Assembly (NCBI GenBank): GCA_028715645.1
Contig: JAQURK010000003.1
Coordinates: 1 to 62,395 of the forward strand
Direction: 5' to 3'
DNA length: 62,395 nucleotides
DNA from: Candidatus Omnitrophota bacterium
Lineage (GTDB): Bacteria; Omnitrophota; Gorgyraeia; JABMQH01
Each line of letters starts with the position of its first letter. The stretch's first letter is position 1. Of the stretch, positions 32,418 through 42,770 are shown piece by piece. The position numbers and the translations under genes were made by a program. The notes under the pieces were generated by a model. That model saw only the letters and a list, made by a program, of their open reading frames with translations, did no database searches and was not told the DNA's origin.

Positions 32418-33082
32418 TGGAAACCGTTGCCCTGGAAGACATAAAAAACCATCCGCAGACTGCGGCCTTCTTAAAGAAGGCGGATGAACACATGAAGGCC
32501 ATAGGTTATACAGAGCATGGTTTCCGGCACGCAAATATAGTCTCCAAGGCGGCGGCGGCGATATTAGAGGAATTGGGTTATAAAAAGAGAGTAGTGGAGC
32601 TTGGCGCCATATCCGGTTATCTCCATGATATCGGCAATGTGACGGGAAGATATGACCATGGACAGGTAAGCGGGATGATCGCGAAGGACATATTACTGGA
32701 CCTGGGGATGCCGCCGCTTGAGGTGGCGGTGATCATAGGCGCCCTCGGGAACCACGAGGAGCCGGACGCCGATCCTATAAATGAGGTATGCGCCAGCCTT
32801 ATAATCGCCGATAAGGCCGATGTTCACCGTTCCAGGGTCAGAAACCGCAGGATGATTTCGTTTGACATACACGACAGGGTAAACTATGCCGTAAGAAGGT
32901 CGTATATCAAAGTAGACAGGAAGGCGAGAACCATAACGCTGGTCCTTAAGATCGATACGACCCTTTCCCAGGTTATGGAATATTTTGAGATATTTTTGTC
33001 AAGGATGGTCATTTCACGAAGGGCGGCAAAGTTCTTAAACTGTAATTTTAACCTCATCGCCAACAACGTAAAACTGCTTTGA
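32417..33082 (+). CDS. HD-domain phosphohydrolase
   Basis: 221 aa with H..HD pattern (FRHANIV, YLHDIGN). Confidence 0.75.
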   Translation: METVALEDIKNHPQTAAFLKKADEHMKAIGYTEHGFRHANIVSKAAAAILEELGYKKRVVELGAISGYLHDIGNVTGRYDHGQVSGMIAKDILLDLGMPPLEVAVIIGALGNHEEPDADPINEVCASLIIADKADVHRSRVRNRRMISFDIHDRVNYAVRRSYIKVDRKARTITLVLKIDTTLSQVMEYFEIFLSRMVISRRAAKFLNCNFNLIANNVKLL

Positions 33083-33090
33083 AATAAAAT

Positions 33091-34788
33091 ATGCATAAGG
33101 TATGGGTGTTAAAAAGCCGCAATGGCGCTCTTGAAGAAAAACTCTCCAGGGAATTAAACATCTCATCAATATTCGCGGGCCTTTTGATAAACAGGGGGCT
33201 CGACACCGCGCCCGCCTGCGACAAATTTTTAAACTGCAAAAAATCCGACCTCCACGACCCCTTTAAATTAAAGGATATTAAAAAAGCGGCCGCCAGGGTA
33301 AAAAAGGCGATTGATGAAGGCGAAAGGATCATGGTTTACGGCGATTACGACGTTGACGGGATAACCGCCGTAGCCATACTTGTTACCTTTTTAAAGAAAC
33401 AAGGCGCTAAAATTGACTGGTACCTTCCTAACAGGCTTCAGGAGGGCTACGGCCTCAATCTGGAGGCGGCCAAGTTCATAAAATCAAAAAAGGTATCGCT
33501 TTTAATTACGGTGGACTGCGGTACCACCGATAAGGAAGAGATCGATTTTTTAAACGCGCGCGGTATAGATACCATTATCATAGACCACCATGAGATTCAA
33601 AAGGAGTGTATCCCTTCCGCTTTTGCCCTGATAAACCCGCTTCAGGAAGGATGTAATTATCCTTTTAAAGACCTTTCCGGGGCCGGGCTTGCCTATAAAT
33701 TTGTCTGCGCCTTATCCGGCGATCCCGCGCATAAAAATGAGGATTTCTTAGATCTTGTTGCCCTCGGCACGGTTGCCGATATGGTTTCACAGGTGGGCGA
33801 AAACAGGGTGCTTACAAGGCTTGGCCTGCCAAGGTTAAGCAACACCTCCCGCGCCGGATTGAGGGCGCTTATGGAGGTCGCGGGTTTAAATGCCAGGGAT
33901 ATAGAAGCGGAACATATCGGCTTCATACTGGGCCCGAGGATAAACGCCTCAGGCAGGATAGGATCCCCCGACATCGCGCTTAAGCTCATTTTGACCGAAG
34001 ATAAGGCTGAGGCCAGTGAACTCGCCGAGGTTTTAAATCAGGAAAACAGCTTCCGACAGAGACTGCAGGAGGGCATCTTTAAAGAGGCGGTCTCAAAAAT
34101 AGAAGGCGAGGTTAACTTTAAGGATCAAAAGATACTCGTTGTATGGGGAACCGACTGGCATCCCGGTGTAATAGGGGTGGTCGCCTCAAAACTCGCCGAC
34201 AGGTTTTACAGGCCGGCGATAGTCTTAAACGTCCAGGAAGACCTCGCAAAAGGCTCGGGGAGGAGCATCGAGAATTTTCACCTGTTTAACGCGCTCTATT
34301 CCTGCAGGGGCCTGCTTAAAAATTTTGGCGGCCATGAGGCGGCCTGCGGTGTAACCATGTCAACCTCAAATCTCGAACAGTTCAGGGATTCGATTAACAA
34401 GGTCGCGCTCAAGACCCTGGATCCGAAGGACCTTATACCCAGGATAGACGTAGATATGGAACTTCCGCTTTCAAGTCTTAATAAAAGGTTAATCGGTGAA
34501 ATGGATATGCTTGGCCCATTCGGCGTCGGAAACCCTCAGCCGCTATTTATGTCCGGCGGCCTAAAAGTAAAGGATGAGCCTTCCCAGTTCGGCAGGGCCG
34601 GACTTAAGATGTGGGTGACCGATAAAACGACTACCTGCGAGGCGGTATGCTTTAATGCCTTTGATATGCCGGCCGTCGCCAGGGAGCTTGATTATGTGGA
34701 TCTTGTATATTTTCCTAAGTTAAAAAGGCAGTCGGGAATACATACCTTAAAATTAGAGATTGAAGATATAAAGGCCAGGAGGACCTAA
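33091..34788 (+). CDS. recJ: single-stranded-DNA-specific exonuclease RecJ
   Basis: 565 aa. DHH motifs (VYGDYDVDG, IIIDHHE) and DHHA1 (GGHEAACG). Confidence 0.95.
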   Translation: MHKVWVLKSRNGALEEKLSRELNISSIFAGLLINRGLDTAPACDKFLNCKKSDLHDPFKLKDIKKAAARVKKAIDEGERIMVYGDYDVDGITAVAILVTFLKKQGAKIDWYLPNRLQEGYGLNLEAAKFIKSKKVSLLITVDCGTTDKEEIDFLNARGIDTIIIDHHEIQKECIPSAFALINPLQEGCNYPFKDLSGAGLAYKFVCALSGDPAHKNEDFLDLVALGTVADMVSQVGENRVLTRLGLPRLSNTSRAGLRALMEVAGLNARDIEAEHIGFILGPRINASGRIGSPDIALKLILTEDKAEASELAEVLNQENSFRQRLQEGIFKEAVSKIEGEVNFKDQKILVVWGTDWHPGVIGVVASKLADRFYRPAIVLNVQEDLAKGSGRSIENFHLFNALYSCRGLLKNFGGHEAACGVTMSTSNLEQFRDSINKVALKTLDPKDLIPRIDVDMELPLSSLNKRLIGEMDMLGPFGVGNPQPLFMSGGLKVKDEPSQFGRAGLKMWVTDKTTTCEAVCFNAFDMPAVARELDYVDLVYFPKLKRQSGIHTLKLEIEDIKARRT

Positions 34789-36960
34789 ATGAATAATTTG
34801 AAATGGAAGGCAATCTTTATTGTCGCGGTTACCGCTGTAGCGCTTTACGGTTTATTCCCGATAAAAGAGCGGATAAATCTCGGGCTTGATCTGCAGGGCG
34901 GCATGCACCTTGTGCTTCGCGTCGATACCTCCAATCTGCCGGAGAAACAGAAAGAGGACGCCACTGAAAGGGCGCTTGAGATCGTAAGGAACAGGATCGA
35001 CCAGTTCGGCGTAAAAGAGCCTATGATAACAAGACAGGGCAGGGACGGCCTTGTAGTGCAGCTGCCCGGCGTAACGGAAAGGCAGCGCGCGATAGACCTT
35101 ATTGGAAAAACCGCGCTCCTTGAATTTAAACTGGTCTCGGATGATCTTGAGCAATTAAAGCAGGCCAGGGAAGGGAATGTCCCGGAAGGGTACGAATTAA
35201 AAACGGATGAAAAAGGAAATGACCTTCTGGTCAGGAAAGATGCCAGCCTGATAGGCGACACCCTTGTAGACGCAAGCGTAAAATTTGACCAGTCAACCTT
35301 CGGCGAACCGTACGTCGGGATAAAGTTCAATGCCAAGGGGGGCGAGATATTTTCCAGGGTAACGGGTGAAAATGTCGGAAAGAGGCTGGCAATCGTTTTG
35401 GACGGCGTTGTCCAGTCGGCGCCGGTAATAAGAGAACGCATACCCCGGGGAGAGGCCCAGATTACCGGCAACTTTACGGTGGCGGAGGCAAATGACCTTG
35501 CCATCGTATTGAAGGCAGGCGCTCTGCCGGCGCCCATAAAGATAGAAGAAGAGAGGACCATCGGTCCCCTCCTTGGCCAGGATTCCATTCGCTCAGGGGT
35601 CAGAGCGGCGGCCATTGGCGGGATGCTGGTATTGCTTTTTATGGTGATCTATTATTATGCCGCCGGTTTCATAGCCAATATCGCCCTGGCGCTTAACATT
35701 TTGTACATCCTCGGCTTCATGGGCCTCTTTCACGCGACGTTGACGCTGCCCGGCATCGCGGGTCTTATTTTGACCATGGGTATGTCTGTAGACGCGAATG
35801 TCCTCATAAACGAGAGGATCAGGGAGGAATTGAAACTCGGAAAGAGCATACGGGCGGCGGTGGCGGCCGGATACCATAAGGCGTTTTCCGCGATATTCGA
35901 TTCAAACCTTACGACTATAGCGGCGGCTATTCTGCTCTTTCAATTCGGGACCGGCCCGGTAAAGGGATTTGCGGTTACACTTACCTGGGGTATAGCGGCA
36001 AGCATGTTTACCGCGATAGTAGTGACAAGGGTGATATTTGATTTTTTGCTGAGCCGCAACCTCCTTAAAAAACTGCCCATGCTGCAGTTGTTCCCGCAGA
36101 CAAAGATAGATTTTATCGGAAAGAGGTGGTTTTGTTATACGATATCCGCCGTGGTAATAATCTCGGGCCTTTTTATATTCTGGCAGCGCGGCGAAAAGAA
36201 TTACGGTATAGATTTTTCGGGCGGGACCGTTGTCCAATATGAGTTTTCCAAGGACATAAAAATCGACGAGATAAGGAAGGCCCTTTCCGATATCGGCCTC
36301 GGACAGGCATCCATTCAGCAGTTTAGGGACAGGCCAAGAGAGATCTCTATAAAGACGCAGCAGGATATGTCAAACCAGATAGAGGCGGAATTCAAGGCAA
36401 AATTTCCCGAGAACAAATTCGATGTATTGCGCGTGGAGACTGTCGGCCCGGCCGTTGGCAGGGAACTTAAGAAAAACGCCTTCTGGGCCCTTGTCCTTGG
36501 CCTTGTTGCCATCATGATCTATGTTACCTTGAGGTTTAATTTGAAATATGGGATCGCCGGCGTTATCGGGCTTTTCCATGACGTATTTATAGCCGTAGGC
36601 GCGCTTGCGCTGGCTCACAGGCAGTTTGACCTTACTATCGTAGCGGCCCTTTTAACGATAGCGGGTTATTCTATAAACGATACCGTGGTCATTTATGACA
36701 GGATAAGGGAAAACCTCAGAATGGCCAAGAAGGAGGGTCTTAAGGATGTTATAAACCTTAGCGTAAACCAGACGCTTTCAAGGACAATACTTACGAATTT
36801 TACCACGCTTTCCGTGGTTGTAGTCTTATTCATGTTTGGCGGTGATGTCCTGAGCGATTTTTCGTATTGTCTTCTGGTAGGGTTTATTTCGGGTGTTTAT
36901 TCTACGGTTTATATCTCAAGCCCGCTTTTAATAGCGTGGGAGAAGAAAAGAAAGAAATAA
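34789..36960 (+). CDS. secDF: fused protein-export membrane protein SecDF
   Basis: 723 aa. SecD half (LGLDLQGGMHLVL, periplasmic P1 domain, 6 TM) followed by the SecF half (YGIDFSGGT, 6 TM). Confidence 0.95.
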   Translation: MNNLKWKAIFIVAVTAVALYGLFPIKERINLGLDLQGGMHLVLRVDTSNLPEKQKEDATERALEIVRNRIDQFGVKEPMITRQGRDGLVVQLPGVTERQRAIDLIGKTALLEFKLVSDDLEQLKQAREGNVPEGYELKTDEKGNDLLVRKDASLIGDTLVDASVKFDQSTFGEPYVGIKFNAKGGEIFSRVTGENVGKRLAIVLDGVVQSAPVIRERIPRGEAQITGNFTVAEANDLAIVLKAGALPAPIKIEEERTIGPLLGQDSIRSGVRAAAIGGMLVLLFMVIYYYAAGFIANIALALNILYILGFMGLFHATLTLPGIAGLILTMGMSVDANVLINERIREELKLGKSIRAAVAAGYHKAFSAIFDSNLTTIAAAILLFQFGTGPVKGFAVTLTWGIAASMFTAIVVTRVIFDFLLSRNLLKKLPMLQLFPQTKIDFIGKRWFCYTISAVVIISGLFIFWQRGEKNYGIDFSGGTVVQYEFSKDIKIDEIRKALSDIGLGQASIQQFRDRPREISIKTQQDMSNQIEAEFKAKFPENKFDVLRVETVGPAVGRELKKNAFWALVLGLVAIMIYVTLRFNLKYGIAGVIGLFHDVFIAVGALALAHRQFDLTIVAALLTIAGYSINDTVVIYDRIRENLRMAKKEGLKDVINLSVNQTLSRTILTNFTTLSVVVVLFMFGGDVLSDFSYCLLVGFISGVYSTVYISSPLLIAWEKKRKK

Positions 36961-36962
36961 GT

Positions 36963-36989
36963 GATTACAGAGATTTAATCGGTGTAATC
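36963..36989. terminator. bidirectional terminator-like hairpin between secDF and rpmB (GATTACA-type repeat)
   Basis: GATTACAGAGAT-tta-ATCGGTGTAATC, flanked by ATTTTA on the plus strand and a U-rich run on the minus strand. Confidence 0.6.
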
Positions 36990-36992
36990 ATT

Positions 36993-37220
36993 TTATGCTT
37001 TTATGACTTTGCCGGCCTTAAGGCACTTGGCGCAAACCCTTATCCGTTTTACCTGTCCGTTTATTACCGCCCTTACGGTTTGAAGGTTCGGCAGGAACCG
37101 CCTTATGGTTATTCCGGTTATCTTTTTGCCTACGCCGCCCTTCTTTTTGGCAAGACCGCGTCTTTCTATGGTCCTTCCGGCAGCCGGTTTTTTACCGCAT
37201 ATCAAACAAATCTTGGACAT
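36993..37220 (-). CDS. rpmB: 50S ribosomal protein L28
   Basis: 75 aa. MSKICLICGKKP start; zinc-binding Cys pairs. SD GGAG. Confidence 0.95.
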   Translation of the reverse strand: MSKICLICGKKPAAGRTIERRGLAKKKGGVGKKITGITIRRFLPNLQTVRAVINGQVKRIRVCAKCLKAGKVIKA

Positions 37221-37284
37221 TTTATAATCGCTCCTTCTTTTAATCCGTTTAAATGTGTGTTATAATAACACGCGGAAGGCCTCT

Positions 37285-39345
37285 ATGCAAGATAAAAATT
37301 CGGGTTTAAAGATGCCTGTCCAGTATATAAAAGGGGTGGGCCCAAAAAGGGCAGAGCTTCTTAATAAGGTGGGCCTCCGCACTGTCGAGGATATTTTATA
37401 TAACCTCCCAAGGCGGTATGAGGACAGGTCGCAGTTTACCCCTATCTCAAAGGCCGTTATCGGCGAGTATCATACCTTACAGGGTCAGGTCCTTACCTTC
37501 GGGTTAAAAAAGACAAGGCGCGGCATGTCCATTTTCCAGGCGGCGATCGACGACGGGACAGGCGTTATACACGCCATGTGGTTTAACCGGCCCTTTATAA
37601 AAAAATACTTTAAGGTGGGGCAAAAGATCATTCTTTACGGCAAGGTGGACAGGCATGAGGTAATGGCAATAAATCAGCCGGAATATGAGATCCTCGATGA
37701 AGACAAAGACTTTGACGAATCGGCCCATATCGGCCGGATCGTCCCCATCTACCCCCTGACAAAAGAGCTCAACCAGAGATTTATCCGCGCCCTTACAAAG
37801 GTCACGGTAGAAAGGTATTCCAGGTCCCTTAGTGAGGCGCTTCCGACCAGACTAAGGGCCCGTAACAGGCTCGTCGATATAAGGTTCGCCATAAATAACA
37901 TACATTTCCCATATTCCAACGAGGGCCTAAAAAGGGCATACCGGCGCATTGTATTCGAGGAGTTTTTTATCCTGCAATGCGCGATCGCGCTAAAAAAGAA
38001 AGACGCGAAGGTTGAGGAAGGCCTAAGCCACAGGACCGAGGGCGAATTGGTCAATGCCTTTAAAAAATCGATACCCTTCGAACTTACAAAGGGCCAGCGC
38101 GAGGCGATAGCGCATATTGAGGCCGATATGAAAAGCCCGAGGCCGATGAACCGGCTTCTGGAAGGCGACGTAGGGTCAGGGAAGACGATCGTCGCCTCTT
38201 ACGCGCTTATCCTGACGGTGCAGAGCGGTTATCAGGGCGTTATAATGGCCCCTACCGAGATACTCGCCGAACAACATTGCCTTACCCTAAGCCAGTTCCT
38301 GATGCCGCTGGGCGTAAATGTTTCCCTCTTAGTCAGCGGCGTTCCTCTAGAAACAAAAGATAAAATAAAGCGAGAGATAAAATCAGGGGAAATAGATATT
38401 GTCATCGGCACGCACGCCCTCATACAAGAGGATGTGGAATTTAAAAGGCTCGGCCTGTGCGTTATAGACGAACAGCATAAATTCGGCGTCACGCAAAGGG
38501 ACATATTAAGAAAAAAGGGCCTTAATCCGGATTGCCTTGTCATGACCGCGACGCCGATACCAAGGACGCTTGCCCTTACGGTTTACGGCGATCTGGATAT
38601 CTCCATTATAAGGGAGATGCCGGAGGGACGCAGGCCAATCACAACCTATTGGGTGGAAGAAGAAAAGCGCTCGGAGGCGTATAATTTTATAAAAGAACAG
38701 GTTAAGGAAGGCAGGCAGGCTTATATAGTTTCTCCCCGCATCCAGGCCGCCGAGGAAATGTTTGAGAGGCTTAAAAAAGAGGCGTTCGCGGATTTGAAAC
38801 TTGGACTCATTCATGGCGGACTTAATTCCGAAGATAAGGACAGGGTAATGGGTGATTTTAAAAAAGGCAGGATCGACGTGCTTGTCTCTACGGTTGTCAT
38901 CGAGGTAGGGATAGATGTCCCGAACGCGACAGTGATGCTGATAGAAGAGGCGGAGAAATTCGGGCTCTCACAGCTTCACCAGCTGCGGGGCAGGATAGGA
39001 AGGGGAGAGCACGATTCCTATTGCATCCTTTTGGCAAACCCCGCGACGGATGAGGGGAGAAAAAGGCTCCAGGCCATAACAGAGACGGTAGACGGCTTCG
39101 CGATCGCGGAGGAGGACCTCGAGATCAGGGGGCCGGGCGAGTTTTTTGGCACAAGGCAGCATGGGCTGCCCGAGATAAGGTTTGGGAGTATTGTGGCGGA
39201 TATGGAGATCATGGAACAGGCCAGAAAAGAGGCCTTCGAGCTCATCAAGGCCGATCCGGGCCTTAACGCGCCTGAACACGCGCTGCTTAAGCAAAATTTA
39301 TACAGCAGGTTCAAGGCCACGGCGGATTTGATACATGTGGGGTAG
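37285..39345 (+). CDS. recG: ATP-dependent DNA helicase RecG
   Basis: Start taken at ATG 37285, after GGAAGG. Motifs YIKGVGPKRAELL, Walker A GDVGSGKT and DEQHKFG. Confidence 0.95.
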   Translation: MQDKNSGLKMPVQYIKGVGPKRAELLNKVGLRTVEDILYNLPRRYEDRSQFTPISKAVIGEYHTLQGQVLTFGLKKTRRGMSIFQAAIDDGTGVIHAMWFNRPFIKKYFKVGQKIILYGKVDRHEVMAINQPEYEILDEDKDFDESAHIGRIVPIYPLTKELNQRFIRALTKVTVERYSRSLSEALPTRLRARNRLVDIRFAINNIHFPYSNEGLKRAYRRIVFEEFFILQCAIALKKKDAKVEEGLSHRTEGELVNAFKKSIPFELTKGQREAIAHIEADMKSPRPMNRLLEGDVGSGKTIVASYALILTVQSGYQGVIMAPTEILAEQHCLTLSQFLMPLGVNVSLLVSGVPLETKDKIKREIKSGEIDIVIGTHALIQEDVEFKRLGLCVIDEQHKFGVTQRDILRKKGLNPDCLVMTATPIPRTLALTVYGDLDISIIREMPEGRRPITTYWVEEEKRSEAYNFIKEQVKEGRQAYIVSPRIQAAEEMFERLKKEAFADLKLGLIHGGLNSEDKDRVMGDFKKGRIDVLVSTVVIEVGIDVPNATVMLIEEAEKFGLSQLHQLRGRIGRGEHDSYCILLANPATDEGRKRLQAITETVDGFAIAEEDLEIRGPGEFFGTRQHGLPEIRFGSIVADMEIMEQARKEAFELIKADPGLNAPEHALLKQNLYSRFKATADLIHVG

Positions 39346-39348
39346 GAG

Positions 39349-39906
39349 ATGAGGATAATTGCGGGGAGGTTTAGGTCGAGGCGGATAGAGTCGCCTAAAG
39401 GTGTAACGATAAGGCCGACGTCTGACAGGGTCAAGGAATCCCTCTTTGGGATCCTGGGCCCGTTTGTCATGGGTAAAAACTGCCTGGACCTTTTCGGTGG
39501 GACCGGTAACTTGGGCCTGGAGGCCCTTTCAAGGGGCGCCAGGTCGTGCACCTTTATAGATAATAACCCAAGATGCGTCTCCATAATAAGGAAAAACGCC
39601 GAATCGCTTGGCGTCACCAAGGAGGCCAATATCAATTTAGCGGATGCTATTAGATATGTAAAGAAGACAGCGAAGGAAGGGCTCGTATTTGACCTGATAT
39701 TCCTGGACCCGCCCTATCACAAGGGGATAGTCAAAAAGTCCTTGATATTATTAGATGATTATAATATAATTAGCAAATTAAGCATTATTGTAGCTGAACA
39801 TCACAGGGAAGACGAACTTCCGCCGGCGGACGAATTGCGTAAGTTAACCATGTTCCGCCAGGAAAAATACGGTGGGACTTTTTTGTCTTTTTATAGGGAG
39901 GTTTAA
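39349..39906 (+). CDS. rsmD: 16S rRNA (guanine966-N2)-methyltransferase
   Basis: 185 aa. MRIIAGRFRSRRI start, plus PTSDRVKESLF and LDPPY. Confidence 0.92.
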   Translation: MRIIAGRFRSRRIESPKGVTIRPTSDRVKESLFGILGPFVMGKNCLDLFGGTGNLGLEALSRGARSCTFIDNNPRCVSIIRKNAESLGVTKEANINLADAIRYVKKTAKEGLVFDLIFLDPPYHKGIVKKSLILLDDYNIISKLSIIVAEHHREDELPPADELRKLTMFRQEKYGGTFLSFYREV

Positions 39907-39912
39907 GCGAAA

Positions 39913-40392
39913 ATGGGCTTAAGAGCGGTCTATCCCGGGAGTTTCGATCCGGTTACCTATGGTCATCTTGATATAATCAAGCGCGCTTCCCTTTTATTCG
40001 ATGAAGTCATCGTCGCGGTCGCCCACAATGTAGACAAAAGCACGCTGTTTTCCGTGGAAGAAAGGGTGGCCATGCTTAAAAAGGCCGCCGCCCGCATAAA
40101 AAACGTCAGCGTTACCGACTTTGACGGCCTTGCCGTAAATTATGTCAAGAAAAATGGAATAAAAATAATAATCCGCGGCCTCAGGATGATCTCCGACTTC
40201 GAATACGAATTCCAGATGGCGTTGACCAACCGAAAACTGGACCATTCCATCGAAACTATCTTTATGATGCCCAATGAATGCTATTCCTATGTCTCAAGCA
40301 AGCTCATAAAAGAGGCGGCGATGCTGGGAGCGGATCTTAAGGAATTTGTCCCTTTATTCGTTTTTAAGGAACTGCTTAAAAAGCTTAAATAA
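39913..40392 (+). CDS. coaD: phosphopantetheine adenylyltransferase
   Basis: 159 aa with YPGSFDPVTYGHLDI. Confidence 0.96.
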   Translation: MGLRAVYPGSFDPVTYGHLDIIKRASLLFDEVIVAVAHNVDKSTLFSVEERVAMLKKAAARIKNVSVTDFDGLAVNYVKKNGIKIIIRGLRMISDFEYEFQMALTNRKLDHSIETIFMMPNECYSYVSSKLIKEAAMLGADLKEFVPLFVFKELLKKLK

Positions 40393-40412
40393 AAGGAGGG
40401 AACGGGTAAAAA

Positions 40413-41426
40413 ATGGACTTTATTTCCGAGTTACGCGTTAAGGCTCAAAAAAATCCAATGACCATAGTTTTGCCAGAGGGCCATGACGAGAGGACGATCG
40501 CTGCCGCGGCCGCCGCGCAGGAGTCAGGTATCGCCAAAATTATCATTTTGGGTGAAGAAAAAACGATCAAAGAAAAAGCCGCCAACCGCGGGGTCTCATT
40601 AAACGGCGTCAAGATAATTGACCATAAGGAATCAAAGGATTTTGAAGCCTACTCCAATTCATTTTATGAATTAAGAAAACACAAGGGCATGACGCCCGAA
40701 GAGGCAAAAAAGACCCTTCTCGAAATGCCGGTATATTTTGGGGCCTTAATGGTAAAAAACGGCGCAGCCGACGCATTTGTAGCGGGCGCGGTCTCGACCT
40801 CCGCGGACGTGGCGCGGGCGGCGATTTACTGTATAGGTATCGACAGGAAGGCCGGCACGCTTTCAAGTTCATTTGTCATACAACTGGAAAATTCCCCTTA
40901 CGGCGAAAGGGGACTTTTTATATTCGCCGATTGCGGCGTGCTTACCGATCCCTCTCCTGTGCAGCTGGCCGGCATCGCATATTCGTCCGCAAAATTATTC
41001 AAGGCGCTGTTCGACAAAGAGCCCAAGGTCGCCCTATTGAGCTATTCAACGAAGGGCAGCGCGGAGGGCCCGGTGATTGACAAGGTGAGGCAGGCCCTTA
41101 AGATAGCGATGGAAAAGTACCCGGACTTATTGATCGACGGAGAGCTTCAGCTCGATGCCGCGGTGGATATCGAGGTAGCCAAGAAAAAGTGCCCGGGAAG
41201 CAATATCGCGGGCCGGGCGAACGTCCTTATCTTCCCCGACTTAAACAGCGGAAATATCGGATATAAACTTGCCCACCGGTTGGCAGGGGCGCGCGCCATA
41301 GGGCCGCTCCTTCAAGGGATAGCAAGGCCGTGCAGCGATTTATCCCGCGGCTGCAGCACCCAGGATATAGTTGACGCCATCGCCATTACGGTCGTAAGGT
41401 GCCAGGAAGGGAAGGGCCAGAAATGA
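40413..41426 (+). CDS. pta: phosphate acetyltransferase (short form, PTA_PTB domain only)
   Basis: 337 aa. Motifs IVLPEGHDERTI and FPDLNSGNIGYKL. Confidence 0.93.
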   Translation: MDFISELRVKAQKNPMTIVLPEGHDERTIAAAAAAQESGIAKIIILGEEKTIKEKAANRGVSLNGVKIIDHKESKDFEAYSNSFYELRKHKGMTPEEAKKTLLEMPVYFGALMVKNGAADAFVAGAVSTSADVARAAIYCIGIDRKAGTLSSSFVIQLENSPYGERGLFIFADCGVLTDPSPVQLAGIAYSSAKLFKALFDKEPKVALLSYSTKGSAEGPVIDKVRQALKIAMEKYPDLLIDGELQLDAAVDIEVAKKKCPGSNIAGRANVLIFPDLNSGNIGYKLAHRLAGARAIGPLLQGIARPCSDLSRGCSTQDIVDAIAITVVRCQEGKGQK

Positions 41427-42568
41427 TCATACTTGTTATAAACTGCGGGAGCTCATCGATAAAATATAAATTATACGCCGTCGAAAAAGATATCTTCCTG
41501 GCTGAGGGGACTGTCGAAAAGATAGGGGAAAAACAGCCGACTCATTCCCACAAGATAAACGCCAAGGAACCCGTTAAAAGAAAGGTAGAGGCGGCCGACC
41601 ATCACAGCGCCATGGAATTGATCATCAATTGCCTTATCGATAAGGAATCCGGCGTCATAAAATCTATCGATGAGATTTCCGGCGTAGGCCACAGGGTAGT
41701 GCATGGCGGAGAAGAATTCAGTACCTCTGTCCTTATAGACGAGAAAGTAATAGCGAGCATCACTAAATTCGCCAAACTCGCGCCTCTGCATAATCCTCCG
41801 GCCCTCGCGGGCATAAAGGCGACCAGGAAGCTCCTTTCAAACAAGCCGCAGGTCGCCGTTTTTGACACCGCCTTTCATCAGACAATGCCGCGCGACGCCT
41901 ATACCTATGCCCTGCCCTACAGGTTTTATAAAAAATACGGCGTAAGACGGTACGGCTTCCACGGGACAAGCCACAAATATGTAGCCGCGAAGGCCGCAAA
42001 GGTCTTGAGTAAACCGGCCGAATCCCTAAAGATAATCACTTGCCATCTGGGAAACGGCTGCAGCATGGCCGCTATCTTGAACGGCCGCTCCGTCGATACC
42101 AGCATGGGCCTTACGCCCCTGGAAGGGCTGGTGATGGGGACACGCTGCGGAGATATCGATCCGGCCATAGTGATGTTCCTGATGGAAAGGGAAGGGCTTG
42201 ATTGCCAGCAGATCGACGATATGCTGAACAAAAAAAGCGGTCTGCTTGGGATCTCGGAGATAAGCAACGATATGAGGGAGATACTCGCCGCGGCCAAAGA
42301 AGGGAACGAACAGGCAAAACTGTCGCTCGAGGTATTTTATTACAGGATCAAAAAATATATCGGCGCGTATACGGCCGTTATGAACGGTCTTGACGCGATC
42401 GTGCTTACCGCCGGAATAGGCGAGAATAACCCATGGCTAAAAGAGAGGCTTGAGAAGGATTTATCGTATATCCTTAACAAATTTAACGCAAAGGTGTTAG
42501 TGATACCCACCAAGGAAGAGTGGATGATCGCGATGGAAACCTACGATATCATAAAGAAAATGAGGTGA
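41423..42568 (+). CDS. ackA: acetate kinase
   Basis: Start at ATG 41423 (ATGA overlap with pta). Motifs MIILVINCGSSSIKYKLY and RYGFHGTSH. Confidence 0.96.
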   Translation: MIILVINCGSSSIKYKLYAVEKDIFLAEGTVEKIGEKQPTHSHKINAKEPVKRKVEAADHHSAMELIINCLIDKESGVIKSIDEISGVGHRVVHGGEEFSTSVLIDEKVIASITKFAKLAPLHNPPALAGIKATRKLLSNKPQVAVFDTAFHQTMPRDAYTYALPYRFYKKYGVRRYGFHGTSHKYVAAKAAKVLSKPAESLKIITCHLGNGCSMAAILNGRSVDTSMGLTPLEGLVMGTRCGDIDPAIVMFLMEREGLDCQQIDDMLNKKSGLLGISEISNDMREILAAAKEGNEQAKLSLEVFYYRIKKYIGAYTAVMNGLDAIVLTAGIGENNPWLKERLEKDLSYILNKFNAKVLVIPTKEEWMIAMETYDIIKKMR

Positions 42569-42572
42569 AAAT

Positions 42573-42770
42573 ATGCCGCTTCCAAAACGAAGACATTCAA
42601 GGTCACGGAGAGACAAGAGGAGGGGATGCGACAAACTGGAAACCATTTGCCTTTCTGTCTGTCCCCAGTGCAAGATGCCGAAACAGCCGCACAGGATTTG
42701 TCCGCATTGCGGTTTTTATAAGGGCCGCCAGATAACACAGGTGGCGGAGGAAGAGAAAGAGAAAAAATGA
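42573..42770 (+). CDS. rpmF: 50S ribosomal protein L32
   Basis: 65 aa. MPLPKRRHSRSRRDKRR start; zinc ribbon CPQC..CPHC. Confidence 0.95.
   Translation: MPLPKRRHSRSRRDKRRGCDKLETICLSVCPQCKMPKQPHRICPHCGFYKGRQITQVAEEEKEKK

Noticed and set aside
34845-35615. 256-aa ORF on the minus strand
   Set aside because: It is antisense to the SecD periplasmic domain and Ser/Pro-rich. It is a shadow ORF. The same reasoning applies to 12627-13148, 27133-27654, 39018-39635 and 36867-37265 (antisense to rpmB).
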